A stretch of 64,000 nucleotides of DNA from an uncultured Bacteroidota bacterium (GTDB taxonomy: Bacteria > Bacteroidota > Bacteroidia > Chitinophagales > Chitinophagaceae). Below are positions 9,456 to 18,373 of this stretch, in pieces. The DNA is taken from contig OY969813.1 of NCBI GenBank assembly GCA_963703355.1, forward strand, positions 800,564 to 864,563, in the 5' to 3' direction. Numbering within the stretch: the first letter of the stretch is position 1; every line of letters begins with the position of its first letter. Both the position numbers and the translations under genes were made by a program. Below the pieces are notes generated by a model, which was not told where the DNA came from, did no database searches, and saw nothing but the letters and a program-made list of their open reading frames with translations.

Positions 9456-11405
9456 TTATGCTTTCAACACCCACTCATAGTCGAGTTGTCGTTTGGCCAG
9501 ATTCGCCGAAACAACTTTAATGGTTACTTTGTCCCCCATTCGAAACCTTCTTCCACTACGTTTGCCGACCAGCGCGTAATCGGTTTCGATCAATCGGAAA
9601 TCATCATATTCCATCAGGCTGTTTAGACTCACAAGTCCCTCACATTTCTGTTCAACCGTTTCTACCCAAAAACCAAATGCTGCTACGCCGCTTATCACCC
9701 CTTCAAAATCATCCCCGACAAAGTCTTTCATGTATTCTACCTGTTTGTACTTATTAGCCGCCCTTTCACTATCCATCGCAGCGCGCTCCCTTTCACTACA
9801 ATGCCGGCATTGCTCTTCCAGATTTTTATGAATCTGGATTTCTTCATCCAATACTTCCTGCAGAATACGATGCGTTAGCACATCCGGGTATCTTCGGATA
9901 GGGGAAGTAAAATGACAGTAATTACTAAATCCCAATCCGTAATGACCGATGTTATCCGTTGTATAAATAGCTTTGGCCATGGTTCTGATACCCAACTGCT
10001 CCAGCACGTGTTGTTCGGGTTTACCTTTCACATCTTTTAACATGAGGTTAAAGGAAGCTGAAATGCCTTCCGGTGATTTGGTATCGAATGCATGTCCGTA
10101 TTTTTTTGCAAATTCAACAAAAGGCGCCAGTTTTTCTTTATCCGGTGTATCATGCACCCGGTAAGGAAAAGGAATAGGCTTCTTTTTGATTTTGATTTTA
10201 GCAACATGACTTGCCACTGTTCTGTTTGCCAGCAACATGAATTCTTCAATCAGTTGATGGGATTCTTTGCTTTCCTTTACCAATATGCCCACAGGTTTTC
10301 CTTTTTCATCCAGTTTAAATCTTACTTCCACAGATGAAAAATTAATGGCTCCTTTTTTTATTCTCTGTTTTCTGAAACGCTGTGCCAGCTCATGGAGAAT
10401 TGCAATTTCCTCGGCATATACTCCTGTTTTGTTATCGATTATCTGCTGAACATCTTCATACGCAAAACGGTGGTTGGAATGAATCACGGTCCTGCCCAGC
10501 CAGTATTCTTTCACTTCACCTTTTTGCGTAATATGAAAAACAGCGGAGAAACAAAGTTTGTCCTCATGCGGCCGCAGCGAACAGAGTTCATTGGAAATTC
10601 TTTCAGGCAACATGGGATTTACACGATCAGGCAGATAAACAGATGTTGCTCTTTCATATGCTTCATCATCCAGCATAGTTCCTGGTTTAACATAATGGCT
10701 CACGTCCGCGATATGTACTCCAATTTCAAATATCTCGTCTTTCAATTTGCGAAAAGAAATGGCGTCATCAAAATCACGGGCATCCAGGGGATCAATCGTG
10801 AAGGTCAGCACTTCTCTGAAGTCCTTCCTGCCTTCCAAATCCGCTGCAGGTATAGCTTCCGGAAGTCTGGCCGACGCGTCCAGCACTTTTTCAGGAAATA
10901 CTACCGTAAATCCGTTTTCAAGAAGAATCTCTTTCATCACGCGGTCGTTCTCATCCGCCTCATCTAAAATCTGTATCACTTCTCCCTGTGGCTTTTTATT
11001 CTTACCCCAATCCGTGATTCGAACGATCACACGGTCGGTATTTTTTGCATCCTTCAGTTTGTTCAATGGGATATAAACATCCGGCATGGGTCTTGACATT
11101 TCTGCAACGAAAAATCCAAATCCCTCACCCATCTGAATATGACCAGGGAATTCTGTTTGTTTTCTTTCTATAACAGATTCCACGATGCCCTGTACCCTGC
11201 TGTTACCACCTTTTGACTGCGTAATTTTCACGAGTACCGAATCACCGTGCATGGCAGTGTTGAAGTCATTGGGGCGAACAAGTATATCCCGGTCGAGTCC
11301 CTTGGATACCACGAATCCCATCCCCGAACGCGTGACTTCCAAAATACCTTTGTGTAATTGAACGCCCGACTTTCTTTTCTTTTTGTCTGTGTTTTTATGA
11401 CCCAT
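9456..11405 (-). CDS. rnr: ribonuclease R (RNB-family 3'-5' exoribonuclease)
   Basis: 649 aa. The RNB core contains TIDPLDARDFDDAIS and HYGLGFSNYCHFTSPIRRYPD, and there is a C-terminal S1-like domain. Confidence 0.9.
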   Translation of the reverse strand: MGHKNTDKKKRKSGVQLHKGILEVTRSGMGFVVSKGLDRDILVRPNDFNTAMHGDSVLVKITQSKGGNSRVQGIVESVIERKQTEFPGHIQMGEGFGFFVAEMSRPMPDVYIPLNKLKDAKNTDRVIVRITDWGKNKKPQGEVIQILDEADENDRVMKEILLENGFTVVFPEKVLDASARLPEAIPAADLEGRKDFREVLTFTIDPLDARDFDDAISFRKLKDEIFEIGVHIADVSHYVKPGTMLDDEAYERATSVYLPDRVNPMLPERISNELCSLRPHEDKLCFSAVFHITQKGEVKEYWLGRTVIHSNHRFAYEDVQQIIDNKTGVYAEEIAILHELAQRFRKQRIKKGAINFSSVEVRFKLDEKGKPVGILVKESKESHQLIEEFMLLANRTVASHVAKIKIKKKPIPFPYRVHDTPDKEKLAPFVEFAKKYGHAFDTKSPEGISASFNLMLKDVKGKPEQHVLEQLGIRTMAKAIYTTDNIGHYGLGFSNYCHFTSPIRRYPDVLTHRILQEVLDEEIQIHKNLEEQCRHCSERERAAMDSERAANKYKQVEYMKDFVGDDFEGVISGVAAFGFWVETVEQKCEGLVSLNSLMEYDDFRLIETDYALVGKRSGRRFRMGDKVTIKVVSANLAKRQLDYEWVLKA

Positions 11406-11409
11406 ACGC

Positions 11410-12489
11410 TTATACTTGTTCAGGAAATTCCTGAATGAATGTAGTGATTAAGCGTGTAAATTGATGCTCTTCATTGAATAAAAACACCGGTTCTATCGGC
11501 ATCACAAAAAATGGCAATGCACGCAATTGCTGTGAAAATTTTTGCAACCGAACAGCATCCTTCTCCGTCGTCAGTAATATTTTACCGGGCGACTGGATCT
11601 GTTCAAATTTCCTGAGGATATTTTTCAAATCATCAATAGTAAAAATATGATGGTCACTGAAAGCCATCTCATCATACCCGTTAAATTTTTCTTCCAGGTG
11701 TTTCTTAAGAGGTGTGGGATTGGCAATGCCCGTCACCAATAATATTTCAGTCGTTTTACCCGCAGTCCAGGTTTCATGTGTAACGATATGATATGGTTTA
11801 CCATATGAAATAGCAGAAAAATAAATATGCTGTCCCTCACGCGGATTAATTTCTCTGGTCAGATAATTTTTCTCTGCAAGAGAAAGGTCCGGCGGACATT
11901 TCGTCACAACAATAATATTTGCCCGTCTCGCACTTTTCTGCTGATCTCTTAAGTCGCCCGTTGGCAGGAACCAGTCACGCGTAAACAAATTATTATAGTC
12001 GGTAAGCAGTATATTAAATCCGGCTTTTACTGACCGGTGTTGAAATGCATCGTCCAGTATGATAACCCGGGTGTTGGGTTTATCGTGCAATAGCTGCGGA
12101 ATAGCCACCACCCGCTCTTCCCCTACGGCAATCGTTACATCAGGAAATTTATTAAAAAACTGCATTGGCTCATCCCCAATTTCCAACGCCGTACTCGTTT
12201 CGGTTGCCAGCGTATAACCTGAAGTTTTCCTTTTATAACCCCGACTGAGTATGGCAACGGAGAAATCTTTTTTGAGTTTACTTACAAGCAACTCAACCAT
12301 GGGTGATTTGCCCGTACCTCCTACAGCCAGATTTCCAATGCATATCAACGGAAGATTAAATGTTGCTGACCGTAAAATATTTCTATCGAATAACCAGTTT
12401 CGAATGTAAACGACCAATCCATATACCAGCGAAAAAGGAAGCATCAGCATCCTTACCGGCTTTAATAGTGGATAGTTGAGGTTGATCAT
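11410..12489 (-). CDS. lpxK: tetraacyldisaccharide 4'-kinase
   Basis: 359 aa with an N-terminal membrane helix and the P-loop GNLAVGGTGKSPMV typical of LpxK. Confidence 0.85.
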   Translation of the reverse strand: MINLNYPLLKPVRMLMLPFSLVYGLVVYIRNWLFDRNILRSATFNLPLICIGNLAVGGTGKSPMVELLVSKLKKDFSVAILSRGYKRKTSGYTLATETSTALEIGDEPMQFFNKFPDVTIAVGEERVVAIPQLLHDKPNTRVIILDDAFQHRSVKAGFNILLTDYNNLFTRDWFLPTGDLRDQQKSARRANIIVVTKCPPDLSLAEKNYLTREINPREGQHIYFSAISYGKPYHIVTHETWTAGKTTEILLVTGIANPTPLKKHLEEKFNGYDEMAFSDHHIFTIDDLKNILRKFEQIQSPGKILLTTEKDAVRLQKFSQQLRALPFFVMPIEPVFLFNEEHQFTRLITTFIQEFPEQV

Positions 12490-13124
12490 AAAAGGGAATA
12501 AAGATAACTCAAATCAATACGTTCAACAGCTTTTGAAACGGACGCGCGCGTAATGAATTCCATCGCCGATAATGAAAAAAGCGCAGGATATCCTGACCAG
12601 CCGACGATTTCATTTTCGTAATCCAGATAGTTATCATTAAAAGCCCATCCTGCCGGAATAATCCCGTATGATTCGCAGGTTTTCGCACTCATCAGCGAAT
12701 GATTGATGCTGCCCAGATAGTTCCGGCTCACCAGAATCAGGTGGGCATCCAATTTTTTTACCAGATCTATAACAAATTCCCTGTCATTGATGGGCGCCAT
12801 AAGCCCGCCGGCACCTTCGATTACCAATGGCCTCTGGTGATTCATTTTTTCAAAATCTTGCACAATCTTTTCGATATCTATACGGAGGTTTTCCCTCCGC
12901 GCAGCAATATGTGGCGAAGCTGCCATCTCAAGTTTGTATGTTTCCGGATGAATAAAAGTTTCTTTATTGCTAATCAGTGAAGCCACGAGTTCGCTGTCTG
13001 TTCCCGTTTCAAAACCTGCCTGTATGGGTTTCCAGTAATCAGCACGAATGGCTTCCGTAATTACAACTGCAACAATCGTTTTTCCTATGCCGGTACCAAT
13101 GCCACTGACGAATAGAGGTCTCAT
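12486..13124 (-). CDS. bioD: ATP-dependent dethiobiotin synthetase
   Basis: 212 aa with N-terminal VSGIGTGIGKT and ADYWKPIQAG. It shares ATGA overlaps with both neighbours. Confidence 0.8.
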   Translation of the reverse strand: MRPLFVSGIGTGIGKTIVAVVITEAIRADYWKPIQAGFETGTDSELVASLISNKETFIHPETYKLEMAASPHIAARRENLRIDIEKIVQDFEKMNHQRPLVIEGAGGLMAPINDREFVIDLVKKLDAHLILVSRNYLGSINHSLMSAKTCESYGIIPAGWAFNDNYLDYENEIVGWSGYPALFSLSAMEFITRASVSKAVERIDLSYLYSLL

Positions 13125-13666
13125 TTCTTTTTGTTGATAAATATGGAAAAAAGAGTTGTCCCATAATTTCTTTCTGTAACAAAAAGAGGATAATCCTTAT
13201 AACGATTTCGGGGTGTATGTTCAAGCACAAACCAACCGTCTTCTTTTAATAAATTTCCCTTTATGATATAATCAGGCAACAGATCAATTGTTTCGAGTGC
13301 ATATGGTGGTCCTGCAAAAATAAAATCGTATTGTTCTTTATTATTTTTTAAAAAGCGGAAAACATCTGATGAAATTACTTTCAATTGTTGCAGTCCCAGC
13401 AGCTCCGAAGTTTTTCGGATAAAATCAAGCATTTGCGGATCTTTTTCAACGATGGTGAGATCAGCTGCACCACGGGAAGCCAGTTCAAAACTAATGCTGC
13501 CGGTTCCTCCAAATAGATCGAGTGTTTTCAAACCATCCAGTGCGCGATTGGATTGAATAATATTAAACAGTCCCTCTTTGGCAATATCAGTAGTAGGTCG
13601 GGTAAAAGGCATTTTTGAAGGCGGATGAATTTTTCTTCCACCCCATTCACCTCCAATTATACGCAT
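13121..13666 (-). CDS. rsmD: 16S rRNA (guanine966-N2)-methyltransferase
   Basis: 181 aa. RIIGGEWGGRKIHPP...TRPTTDIAKEGLFNI and DLFGGTGSISFE are RsmD-type motifs. Confidence 0.85.
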   Translation of the reverse strand: MRIIGGEWGGRKIHPPSKMPFTRPTTDIAKEGLFNIIQSNRALDGLKTLDLFGGTGSISFELASRGAADLTIVEKDPQMLDFIRKTSELLGLQQLKVISSDVFRFLKNNKEQYDFIFAGPPYALETIDLLPDYIIKGNLLKEDGWFVLEHTPRNRYKDYPLFVTERNYGTTLFSIFINKKK

Positions 13667-14517
13667 ATCGTCATTTTCAGCAAGGAAGAGAAAAAATGAT
13701 TCGGATATTGCATCAACTCATCGGTCAGTTTGATACTGTCTTCCATACTGTCAAACCGGATATTCAGAAAGTATAATTCCAGGTCTTCGTATAAAGCTGA
13801 TTTTTTTTCTATCATTCCTGAAAGTTCCAGCACCAACTCTCCTCTGCTCATATGCAGCTGATGACAACAATTCAGCAGATGATACAACACATCTTTTGAA
13901 TCCAGATAAGTAAAATGCTGAATCAGCTGAAGTTGTCCGCCCTTGCAAACCATCAACATCATTTTATCGGGATAAAAGAAGGCTTTCATATAAACAGCTT
14001 CTTCCTTTGCCGTAAACATTTTAAAACATTTAAGCTGGAGACTGTAAAAATGCCAGAATCGGGCATTTTTAAATTTTTCTTGCATCAGAAAATGTGTCTG
14101 TGCGGGAACACGATATACATTGTGAAATTCAAACCAGGGAATTTTTTCCTCCAGTACCAGATCATTACTCAGATCGCCGTAAATAAGATCAGTTACGGGC
14201 CTCGTCATATCGGCCCCAAAAAATTTCTCGGGAATCAGATTGCTTTCCGGGAAATTGTAAACCAGAAATGTCTCACTCGCCTCGAACCTGCTCAGTATCG
14301 GATCAGATTCCAGAATATTCCGTAAAATGGTTTCGGGTTCACTGGTTCTTACCTGAGGCCATTGAAAAACACGTATAACCACCGGTCGCATGCCCCGTAC
14401 ATTCAGTAATACGAAAATGAGCGAACTGGATCCTACTTCAATGAGAAGCCGGCATTGTGTTGGATCCTCAGCGTGAGGATCTTCGTTGTGAATGTCGAAA
14501 TCTGGTCTGATGTTCAT
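13657..14517 (-). CDS. conserved hypothetical protein (DUF3822-like, recalled as a common rsmD neighbour in Bacteroidota)
   Basis: The ORF track gives 13657..14595. Met at 14517 (MNIRPDF...) is preferred because it avoids overlap with the upstream gene. The family assignment is from memory only. Confidence 0.4.
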   Translation of the reverse strand: MNIRPDFDIHNEDPHAEDPTQCRLLIEVGSSSLIFVLLNVRGMRPVVIRVFQWPQVRTSEPETILRNILESDPILSRFEASETFLVYNFPESNLIPEKFFGADMTRPVTDLIYGDLSNDLVLEEKIPWFEFHNVYRVPAQTHFLMQEKFKNARFWHFYSLQLKCFKMFTAKEEAVYMKAFFYPDKMMLMVCKGGQLQLIQHFTYLDSKDVLYHLLNCCHQLHMSRGELVLELSGMIEKKSALYEDLELYFLNIRFDSMEDSIKLTDELMQYPNHFFSSLLKMTICV

Positions 14518-14563
14518 AAAACGGATCGCAATAATACTACAATTTGACGACTGGTCGGTCGGA

Positions 14564-15313
14564 TTATTGCCATTCTGTAAGCAACTGACGGGCAATCACT
14601 TTGGCTCTTGTGTCGTCGTACATTTGATTGGGCAGACCCAATAAAATATGCAGGTTGGCAATCGCTTTTTTGTCTTCCCCCGTACGGTGATAGGAACGCG
14701 CGAGTTCCAGATAATTAAGAATAAATGCCGGGTTAATTGACCTGCTTTTTTCGAAGTCCACAATGGCTTCCTCAAGCGTACCTGAAGGTATTTTACCATA
14801 AAAAACCCGGGCAAATGATTTTTCGGCGATGTTGAGATCACTCACTTCATAATTCCAACGGCCCAGAATATGATAAGCCCTGAAATTATCCGGATCCAGA
14901 CGCACCGCGTTTTCAGCATAGTGTTTTACGTCTTTGGCAAGCATCACTCTTTCTTTGGTTCCACTCACCAGCGACACCCTCCCAAGAGCAAAAGCCATTG
15001 CACAATTCGCTTCGGATGAAACAGGATCCACCTGGAGCGCAGACATTGCATAATTCCTTGCGGCCACAAAATAGGGTCGCATTTTTTCTTTGTTGTTTTG
15101 TCTGGCTCCGATTCTTGAACAGAGCTCACTACATTTCCAAAGCGCCAGTAAATTGTTGGGATCTTTTTTCAAAATCTCAGCATATTTCAGGAACGCTTCG
15201 TTTTCATGAAACTGTGATTCCTGAACTTGTGCTTCTCTAAGTAATTGTTCCGCGTCCTGGGAAAATAGCAGACAGGGAAAGAAGATAAAAAATAAAGTAA
15301 GCGTACGGTGCAT
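14564..15313 (-). CDS. secreted TPR-like helical-repeat protein
   Basis: 249 aa with signal peptide MHRTLTLFFIFFPCLLFSQ followed by repeated helical-hairpin motifs. Confidence 0.5.
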   Translation of the reverse strand: MHRTLTLFFIFFPCLLFSQDAEQLLREAQVQESQFHENEAFLKYAEILKKDPNNLLALWKCSELCSRIGARQNNKEKMRPYFVAARNYAMSALQVDPVSSEANCAMAFALGRVSLVSGTKERVMLAKDVKHYAENAVRLDPDNFRAYHILGRWNYEVSDLNIAEKSFARVFYGKIPSGTLEEAIVDFEKSRSINPAFILNYLELARSYHRTGEDKKAIANLHILLGLPNQMYDDTRAKVIARQLLTEWQ

Positions 15314-15315
15314 GA

Positions 15316-15702
15316 TTAATCCTTAAATGAACGATGCATCGATACCCCGACCCTGCCTGCAAAATGTTCTATGGGTGCCTGTAATTTAAAGATGCTGATT
15401 TTCACGTCAGATACGGCCGGATATTGATGTTTGATGTTTAAGATAATACCCTGGCAGATTTTTTCCAAAAGAAATACAGGTTCCCTCATTTTTTCCTGTA
15501 CTATTTTAAATAAATTAACATAACTGATGGTGTCTGATATCTTTTCGAATACAAAATCTGATTCGGTATAGGATACACTCAAATTTACTTCGAAGGAATT
15601 CATTACTTTTCTTTCCTCTTCGTAAATACCATGATGTTCATAAAAGATCAGTTGCTGAAGTTCGATTGTTACCATTACTAATTTGGTTTTAACGCCAGCC
15701 AT
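15316..15702 (-). CDS. folB: dihydroneopterin aldolase
   Basis: 128 aa. Size and the motif FYEHHGIYEEERKVMNSFEVNLSV match the FolB family. Confidence 0.7.
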   Translation of the reverse strand: MAGVKTKLVMVTIELQQLIFYEHHGIYEEERKVMNSFEVNLSVSYTESDFVFEKISDTISYVNLFKIVQEKMREPVFLLEKICQGIILNIKHQYPAVSDVKISIFKLQAPIEHFAGRVGVSMHRSFKD

Positions 15703-16631
15703 CTTTCCGCATCAAGTGCTGCCATACAACCGCTGCCGGCGGCGGTGACTGCCTGTCTGTATATTCTGTCCTGAACATCCCCCGCAGCAAAAACACCCTC
15801 TACGTTTGTTCTCGAACTACCTGGTATTGTTTTAATATATCCGGTTTCGTCCAGATCAATCCAACCTTTAAATATCCCGGAATTCGGTTCATGACCGATT
15901 GCCACAAAAAATCCCTGGATAGGAATGGTTGCTACATTTCCAGTCTCCCGATTTTTAATACGCACGCCATCTACTTTATTTTCACCGAGTATTTCTTCTA
16001 CTACCGTATTCCAATAAATTTTAATATTCGATGCTTCGCGAATTCGTTGTTGCATGATTTGCGATGCACGCATTTCATTCCTTCTTATCAGCATATGCAC
16101 ATTGGTGCAAAGCTTCGATAAATACAGGGCTTCTTCTGCGGCAGTATCGCCAGCGCCAACGATGGCCACATCTTTTCCTTTGAAAAAAAATCCATCACAA
16201 ACAGCACACGCACTAACCCCATAACCATTCAGCTTTTCTTCACTCGGAAGTCCAAGCCATTTGGCAGTTGCACCCGTTGCGATAATCACAGCATCTGCAG
16301 TAATTAGCTTTTCATCATCTATCCAAACCTTAAAGGGCTGATTGGAAAAATCAACTTTGGTAGCAATTCCATAACGAATTTCAGCACCCATGCGGGTAGC
16401 CTGCTTTTCAAAGTCCACCATCATCTCTGGACCCTGAACACCATTCGCATAACCCGGATAATTCTCAACTTCGGTAGTAATGGTGAGTTGTCCACCAGGC
16501 TGGATGCCCTGGTAAAGCAATGGTTTCAAATTCGCCCGGGCAGTATAAATCGCAGCTGAATAACCAGCCGGCCCCGACCCGATAATCAAACAATGAACGT
16601 GTTCTGTTTCTCTGTTATCCATGTTTTTCAA
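15678..16631 (-). CDS. trxB: thioredoxin-disulfide reductase
   Basis: 317 aa with FAD site IIGSGPAGYSAAIY, redox-active CAVCDG and NADPH site VGAGDTAAEEA. Confidence 0.92.
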   Translation of the reverse strand: MKNMDNRETEHVHCLIIGSGPAGYSAAIYTARANLKPLLYQGIQPGGQLTITTEVENYPGYANGVQGPEMMVDFEKQATRMGAEIRYGIATKVDFSNQPFKVWIDDEKLITADAVIIATGATAKWLGLPSEEKLNGYGVSACAVCDGFFFKGKDVAIVGAGDTAAEEALYLSKLCTNVHMLIRRNEMRASQIMQQRIREASNIKIYWNTVVEEILGENKVDGVRIKNRETGNVATIPIQGFFVAIGHEPNSGIFKGWIDLDETGYIKTIPGSSRTNVEGVFAAGDVQDRIYRQAVTAAGSGCMAALDAERWLALKPN

Positions 16632-16655
16632 TCTAAACTTATATCTGATATCCCG

Positions 16656-16704
16656 CTTTAGGCGTTAAGCCTTAAGCTTTTGGCATTAGGCTTTAAGCTT
16701 AAGG
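16656..16704. repeat. 7-nt tandem stutter tract (7 units)
   Basis: CTTTAGG CGTTAAG CCTTAAG CTTTTGG CATTAGG CTTTAAG CTTAAGG in strict 7-nt phase, lying between the rpoD terminator and the trxB start. Confidence 0.8.
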
Positions 16705-16765
16705 AATGCAAATCTAATCGTAAATGTTTAAACAGAAGGTTGGCCAGACGACAGTCTGCAGCTAT

Positions 16766-16796
16766 AAAAAAAACCGTCCCGGTATAAACGGAACGG
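16766..16796 (-). terminator. intrinsic terminator after rpoD
   Basis: The minus strand reads CCGTTCCG-tttata-CCGGGACGG followed by TTTTTTTT, about 30 nt after the rpoD stop. Confidence 0.7.
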
Positions 16797-16823
16797 CTAT
16801 AATTAAAAATCAATAATCAATAA

Positions 16824-17681
16824 TTACCCCAGATATGCTTTCAACGCACTACTGTATCTCGCCTTCTGCAGACGCTTGATCGCCCTTTCCTTGATCTGAC
16901 GAATTCTTTCTTTTGTCAGGTCGTATTTCTGTCCGATCTGCTCAATGGTAACACCATTTTCGCCATCCAGACCGAAATATGCATTTACGATTTCAGCCTC
17001 CCTCGGACTCAATGATTTCAATACCCTGCGAATTTCAGCTCTCAGGGAATCCTTCATCACATCGTCATCTGTATCATCGCCACCCTCCAGTAAATCACCC
17101 ATCGCTACATCTTCCGCTTCATGAACAGGTGCATCCAGTGAACTGTGACGGGTATTACTCTGAAAAATATTGTTTATTTCTGTTTCGCTCATCTCAAGCA
17201 ATTCAGCAAGCTCTTCCGTACTCGGCTCACGTTCGTGTTCCTGTTCGAAAGCCATGTATGCCTTATTGGCCTTATTGTAAGTACCAATCTTATTCTGGGG
17301 AAGTCGAACAAGACGACCCTGTTCGGCTAAAGCCTGGAGGATTGACTGGCGAATCCACCAAACAGCATAAGAAATGAACTTGAAACCCTTCGTTTCATCG
17401 AAACGCTGGGCTGCTTTAATGAGTCCCAGGTTACCCTCATTGATCAGGTCACTAAGGGAAAGACCCTGGTGCTGGTACTGCTTGGCCACAGAAACCACAA
17501 AACGCAGGTTCGACTGGGCCAGTTTGTCCAGAGCCTTCTGATCTCCCATCTTAATCCGCTGAGCGAGAATGGTTTCCTCTTCCGGCGTGATCATCGAGAT
17601 CTTTGAAATTTCCTGTAAATACTTCTCTACCGCCTGCGAATCGCGATTGGTAATCTGGGTAGCAATTTTAAGTTGCCTCAT
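16824..17681 (-). CDS. rpoD: primary RNA polymerase sigma factor (short Bacteroidota sigma-70 type)
   Basis: 285 aa. Region 2 has NLRFVVSVAKQY and FKFISYAVWWIRQSI; region 4 has EIVNAYFGL...IGQKYDLTKERIRQIKERAIKRL. Confidence 0.92.
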   Translation of the reverse strand: MRQLKIATQITNRDSQAVEKYLQEISKISMITPEEETILAQRIKMGDQKALDKLAQSNLRFVVSVAKQYQHQGLSLSDLINEGNLGLIKAAQRFDETKGFKFISYAVWWIRQSILQALAEQGRLVRLPQNKIGTYNKANKAYMAFEQEHEREPSTEELAELLEMSETEINNIFQSNTRHSSLDAPVHEAEDVAMGDLLEGGDDTDDDVMKDSLRAEIRRVLKSLSPREAEIVNAYFGLDGENGVTIEQIGQKYDLTKERIRQIKERAIKRLQKARYSSALKAYLG

Positions 17682-17866
17682 AATTGGTAATAATAAAAAG
17701 TGGACAATCCTTTTGTTGGGTATGAATCAACGATATAACAGCGCAATCGGCGGAAATGTTGATAAGGGTAAGATTAAATTTGTTCCGCACTGTACTGGCA
17801 CGAAAGTAACACGCAATCGCGGAACTTCATAACCTTTCTGAAATTAAAAAACATAATATTTGGTAA

Positions 17867-17882
17867 AACTAATTAATTAGTT
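17867..17882. promoter_or_regulatory. perfect 16-bp palindrome, candidate operator 1 of the BlaI-like repressor
   Basis: AACTAATTAATTAGTT is its own reverse complement. It lies immediately upstream of the -7 box. Confidence 0.5.
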
Positions 17883-17883
17883 A

Positions 17884-17891
17884 TACATTTG
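17884..17891 (+). promoter_or_regulatory. candidate -7 box (TACATTTG) for the blaI-blaR1-like operon
   Basis: Exact TAnnTTTG match sandwiched between the two dyads, about 108 nt upstream of the ATG at 17999. Confidence 0.4.
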
Positions 17892-17898
17892 GAATATA

Positions 17899-17914
17899 AA
17901 CTAATAAGTTAGTT
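17899..17914. promoter_or_regulatory. imperfect dyad, candidate operator 2
   Basis: AACTAAtaagTTAGTT has the same AACTAA-N4-TTAGTT arms as operator 1. The centres are 32 bp apart. Confidence 0.45.
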
Positions 17915-17964
17915 ATAATATTTAATAAAAAGAAACGCGGTTATGGAAAACAAATTCCGGTAAA

Positions 17965-17987
17965 CCGTCAACTGTCATCCGTCAACC
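17965..17987. repeat. 7-nt stutter tract (CCGTCAA CTGTCAT CCGTCAA CC)
   Basis: Its reverse complement (TTGACGG ATGACAG TTGACGG) uses the same word as the tract at 29387-29421. Confidence 0.6.
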
Positions 17988-17998
17988 AAAATAAAGTA

Positions 17999-18373
17999 AT
18001 GGTAAAAACATTAACAAAGTCAGAAGAACAGGTAATGCAGGTTTTATGGAAACTCGGGAAAGGGTTTCTGAAAGAAATCATAGAATCCACGCCCGACCCC
18101 AAACCGCATTCCAATACCATCGCAACCATCCTGAAAATACTGGTCGAGAAAGGATTTGTGGAATACAGTGTACACGGCCGTAACAATCTGTATAAGCCGA
18201 TGATTTCACAAACAGAATATGGAAAGAAATCAATCAACCAGCTGATTAAAGGTTATTTCGACGGCTCACCCGCCCGACTGGTATCCCAATTCATCAGCGA
18301 CCAGAAATTGAGTGAGGCCGAACTCGAAGCCCTAATTCAACAAATCCAATCAGCAAAAAACAGCAAACCATGA
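17999..18373 (+). CDS. BlaI/MecI/CopY-family winged-helix transcriptional repressor
   Basis: 124 aa with N-terminal LTKSEEQVMQVLWKLGKGFLKEIIE and ...NTIATILKILVEKGFV typical of the family. The stop overlaps the downstream start (ATGA). Confidence 0.8.
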   Translation: MVKTLTKSEEQVMQVLWKLGKGFLKEIIESTPDPKPHSNTIATILKILVEKGFVEYSVHGRNNLYKPMISQTEYGKKSINQLIKGYFDGSPARLVSQFISDQKLSEAELEALIQQIQSAKNSKP

